A stretch of 64,000 nt of DNA from Promethearchaeota archaeon. Its GTDB lineage: Archaea; Asgardarchaeota; Lokiarchaeia; Sigyniarchaeales; SOKP01. The stretch spans positions 224,001-288,000 of the forward strand of contig JAUVNS010000005.1 of the NCBI GenBank assembly GCA_030599585.1, given 5' to 3'. Within the stretch, counting starts at the first letter, position 1; every line of letters begins with the position of its first letter. Shown here piece after piece: positions 60,927 to 64,000 of this stretch. The notes beneath the pieces were generated by a model. It worked only from the letters and a program-made list of their open reading frames with translations. It was not told where the DNA came from and ran no database searches. The translations under genes were made by a program, and so were the position numbers.

Positions 60927-61960
60927 TATGGATTGTCACCTCCATTCAATATTTCAGAATTATTTAGACGGTTTTCAATTTCTTCCTCTTCTTGAATTCT
61001 GATTTGAAAGTATCTTCTAAAATTAGCGACGTCCCTGCTCATGGAATAAACTTTTAAATTATTTTCAAACAAGAATTTCATCAATTTAGGTAAGCTATCT
61101 TCAAAATCTTCCATTAAAACTTCGATAGTCTCGTTTCCAACCCTTAATACTTTTTCTGTGAATGGATACTTTTGTATGGTATTAATTATCTCTTGGTTTA
61201 AATTTTCAATTGAAATTCTTGCTACCAAACCATTACTAGGTAAAGAGTTTATAAGATTTTGTGGAGAATCGAATTCAAGCAATTTCCCTTCCCTTAAAAT
61301 AGCACATTTATCACATATTAACGCTGCTTCTAAATCGTGAGTAATTATAAACATGGTAGTATTTAGCTGCTGGTTTAACTTCTTAAGATAGCTAAGAATA
61401 TCATAACGCTTAGATGCATCGACTCCAGTAGTAGGTTCGTCAAGAAATAAGACTTTTGGGTTATGAATTAACCCAATAGCCATTGATAAGCGCTTTTTTT
61501 CCCCGCCGCTCATCTTCTTAACTCTTTTTTTCCAGGTGTCTTGGGGGATATCTAATATGTTAAATAATTTTTCAGCAGTTGATTTTGCTTCTTTTTTATC
61601 CATTCCATAAGTAGAGGTAAAAATCTCAACATTAACCATGGGATTTAGTTCAAAATATAGATTTAGCAGTTCTAATTGAGGTACATATCCGATATTGCTT
61701 AAAATTTTTGAGTGATTTCCTTTTTTACTCGGATTTAAACCTGTAACTAATACATTGCCACTCCAGTTTTTTTTATCAATCTGGCATGTTAAAACCCTTA
61801 TTATGGTTGTTTTTCCAGCTCCGGATATTCCGAACATCCCAATAATCTCCCCTTCTTCTACATTAAATGAAACATCTTGAACTATTTGCTTATCTCCGAA
61901 AATGACATTTAAATTTTCAACAAATACCATTGTGTTGTTCGAATTCTCAGTAGTCTCCAT
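60926..61960 (-). CDS. ABC transporter ATP-binding protein (ABC-2/DrrA-like)
   Basis: GISGAGKTT, MSGGE, LFLDEPT, ITHD. Confidence 0.95.
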   Translation of the reverse strand: METTENSNNTMVFVENLNVIFGDKQIVQDVSFNVEEGEIIGMFGISGAGKTTIIRVLTCQIDKKNWSGNVLVTGLNPSKKGNHSKILSNIGYVPQLELLNLYFELNPMVNVEIFTSTYGMDKKEAKSTAEKLFNILDIPQDTWKKRVKKMSGGEKKRLSMAIGLIHNPKVLFLDEPTTGVDASKRYDILSYLKKLNQQLNTTMFIITHDLEAALICDKCAILREGKLLEFDSPQNLINSLPSNGLVARISIENLNQEIINTIQKYPFTEKVLRVGNETIEVLMEDFEDSLPKLMKFLFENNLKVYSMSRDVANFRRYFQIRIQEEEEIENRLNNSEILNGGDNP

Positions 61961-61961
61961 G

Positions 61962-63173
61962 TCACACCTCGTATTTTCTTCTCTGAAACAAAATAAATGA
62001 CAACACTACGAGAACAAGACTTACTCCTAAAAGAGAAAAGAAATCAAAACCAAATACAGATTTCCCTTTAGTAATTATTCCTGTAATTAAAGGGGATCCA
62101 TGAGATAATGGGAGCACATAGGCTATAGCTTGTAGGTAAATGGGCATAGCTTCAATGGGAATAAAAATTCCGCTTAAAAGAATCAAAACGAGAAAGGTTG
62201 CAAAAAATAATTGATTTGCTTGGGTTTTAGTTTTACTTAAAGTACTAATAAATATACCAATTGTAAGACCGGCAAAACCTAAAATGAATAAAGCTAGAAA
62301 TAAATCAAATACAGTTCCTAGTAAATATAAACCAAAACCTAAAGCGGCCATCACAAGAGAAATATTTTGAACGATTAAAATGCTAAGGTAGGTTACATAT
62401 TTTGCTAATAGTATTTCAATTCTTTTAACCGGTGTGAGTAACAATCTCGCAACGGGCTTTTCTTGAACGATGATTAAGATTGTTGAGACCATACCAACGC
62501 CAATTATCATAAAAGACAACACTAATACCATGGTATTATTATACCCTGAGCTGTAGTTTTCTGGAATTGTAAATTCCTCAAAGCCATTGAGTTCAAATTG
62601 AGGAGTTAAATTATTCTGGGACACAAAAATTTTAATCGAATCGTAAACAGCATTTAAGTTAACCTGAATTTTTTGGATATCTGATGAATCTGTTATACAG
62701 TCGATTAAACCTGGATACCCCCAACTTATTAATTCCGAAAAATCGACAGGAATTGCTATAATAATCTGAATCCTTTTAGAAATCATGTAATTTCTAGCGG
62801 TCTCCATTGCATATATCTCCTCAGTTGCGTTGAAAAATTGGACGAGGTTCAATAAATTTGATGAATTAACAGCCTCGACATATTTAAGATTATAATCATC
62901 CAGTTCTGATTCTGTGAAATTATTTTCTTCAATAAAAGTGTTTGAATCATAGGAAACGACAACGCAATTAATAGGGTCTGCGGGTCCTCCCGAACTACTA
63001 GAGGTTACACCTATTAAAACTACAACGAGAGGAGGTACAATTAACGCTATGAAAATATTAAACTTATCTGTCCATAATAGACGAAATTCTTTTTTAATTT
63101 GGTTAAATAACCTTAGAACACTGTTTTTTTGAAATAATTTCTTACCATTTTTTTTGTTTAAACTTCTAATGAT
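61962..63173 (-). CDS. ABC-2 type permease, start extended upstream
   Basis: In-frame upstream IKKEFRLLWTDKFNIFIALIVPP (TM1); RLLLTPV, LSGIFIP, LPLSH; start at ATA/ATC/ATT 63176-63170 after GGAGGT. Confidence 0.85.
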   Translation of the reverse strand: MIRSLNKKNGKKLFQKNSVLRLFNQIKKEFRLLWTDKFNIFIALIVPPLVVVLIGVTSSSSGGPADPINCVVVSYDSNTFIEENNFTESELDDYNLKYVEAVNSSNLLNLVQFFNATEEIYAMETARNYMISKRIQIIIAIPVDFSELISWGYPGLIDCITDSSDIQKIQVNLNAVYDSIKIFVSQNNLTPQFELNGFEEFTIPENYSSGYNNTMVLVLSFMIIGVGMVSTILIIVQEKPVARLLLTPVKRIEILLAKYVTYLSILIVQNISLVMAALGFGLYLLGTVFDLFLALFILGFAGLTIGIFISTLSKTKTQANQLFFATFLVLILLSGIFIPIEAMPIYLQAIAYVLPLSHGSPLITGIITKGKSVFGFDFFSLLGVSLVLVVLSFILFQRRKYEV

Positions 63174-63176
63174 TAT

Positions 63177-64000
63177 CTATACCTCCAGTTTTTTAAATTT
63201 ATAACCAATGTAGGCAATAGTAAGAAAGACAAAAGAAATCATTAGCATAAAAAACACGTGTTCTAAATTTAATGGTAATCCTCTTAGAGTGATATCAGTA
63301 ATCAATACTGAAGCATGACTTAATGGTAAAACATCAGCTAGGAATTTTGCTCCACCTAAAGACTCTGCGGGTAATAGTGTTCCTGAGAAAATAATAATCA
63401 CGATAAACATCATTAGATACATCTGATTAGCTCCCTGTTCAGTTGGACTAATAGCTGAAATAAATAAACCAATAGCAACTCCACAAAACCCAATCAATAT
63501 TAAAACTAGATAGAAATCAAAGAGTGAGCCTAAACTATACAAACCAAAAAATGATGTAAGGATAAATATTTCTGTGGCCTGCATAATCATTATTACTGTG
63601 TTTGCTATTAGTTTACTCAAAATTATATCTCTCTTTGCTGTTGGAGTTATAAGCATTCTCGGTAGTGGACCCTCTGAAACAATAGATAAAGATGTAAGAT
63701 TCATAGTAGTTCCTACAATAATTATTGGCAAAATTAGAGCTAATGCATAATTTAATAATTGAGATTCCCACGAGGGTACGCCAAATTCCAGATGAGGGAT
63801 CATAATAGTAAAATTTTCTATCATGTTAATTTCCATCCTAAATAAAGCGAGCGGTTCCTGGATTGCAACTTCTATCGCACCAACAGCGCTAGAATCAGAA
63901 CCATCGATGTAATAGATTAACACGGGATTGGAATTATTTGCGATCGACTCTGAAAAATTTTGTGGAAGTATGATGAAAACATCTATGAGCTCATTTTTTA
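63177..64000 (-). CDS. ABC-2 type permease (5' partial)
   Basis: RMLITP, FSGTLLP, LPLSH; frame stays open to the window edge. Confidence 0.88.
   Translation of the reverse strand, partial: KNELIDVFIILPQNFSESIANNSNPVLIYYIDGSDSSAVGAIEVAIQEPLALFRMEINMIENFTIMIPHLEFGVPSWESQLLNYALALILPIIIVGTTMNLTSLSIVSEGPLPRMLITPTAKRDIILSKLIANTVIMIMQATEIFILTSFFGLYSLGSLFDFYLVLILIGFCGVAIGLFISAISPTEQGANQMYLMMFIVIIIFSGTLLPAESLGGAKFLADVLPLSHASVLITDITLRGLPLNLEHVFFMLMISFVFLTIAYIGYKFKKLEV

Noticed and set aside
63177-63179. Pyrrolysine at the in-frame TAG
   Set aside because: No pyl genes in the window, many genes end normally in TAG, and an SD plus ATH start explains it more simply

Overview
AT-rich, gene-dense archaeal chromosomal window, almost certainly from an Asgard archaeon (Lokiarchaeia/Promethearchaeota-like). 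Evidence: archaeal-type ThrRS, GluRS, SRP19, eS8, proteasome beta, histone, RibK/RibL and a Hef helicase, plus eukaryotic-signature proteins (Rab-like GTPase, two longin-domain proteins, an adaptin/BBSome-like appendage protein, PCI/winged-helix proteins, a UBC/RWD-like fusion). About 55 CDS and two minus-strand tRNAs (Arg-GCG, Pro-GGG), each with a 30-nt intron at a non-canonical position. I found no rRNA, CRISPR array or mobile element. Top leads: (1) a translationally coupled ABC operon (55.2-64 kb) with two permeases, a normal ATPase, an ATPase fused through a TM helix to a large prenyltransferase-like ectodomain, a pseudo-ATPase fused to an E2/RWD-like domain, and a longin-TM protein; (2) repeated apparent use of ATA/ATT/ATC/CTG start codons, which truncates five genes and hides one in the ORF track; (3) a ~110-nt 5' leader with four crossing helices upstream of a B12-dependent radical SAM gene (candidate riboswitch); (4) a 1470-aa prenyltransferase-barrel/winged-helix/coiled-coil/TM protein. 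All family calls come from motif recognition by eye; no searches were run.
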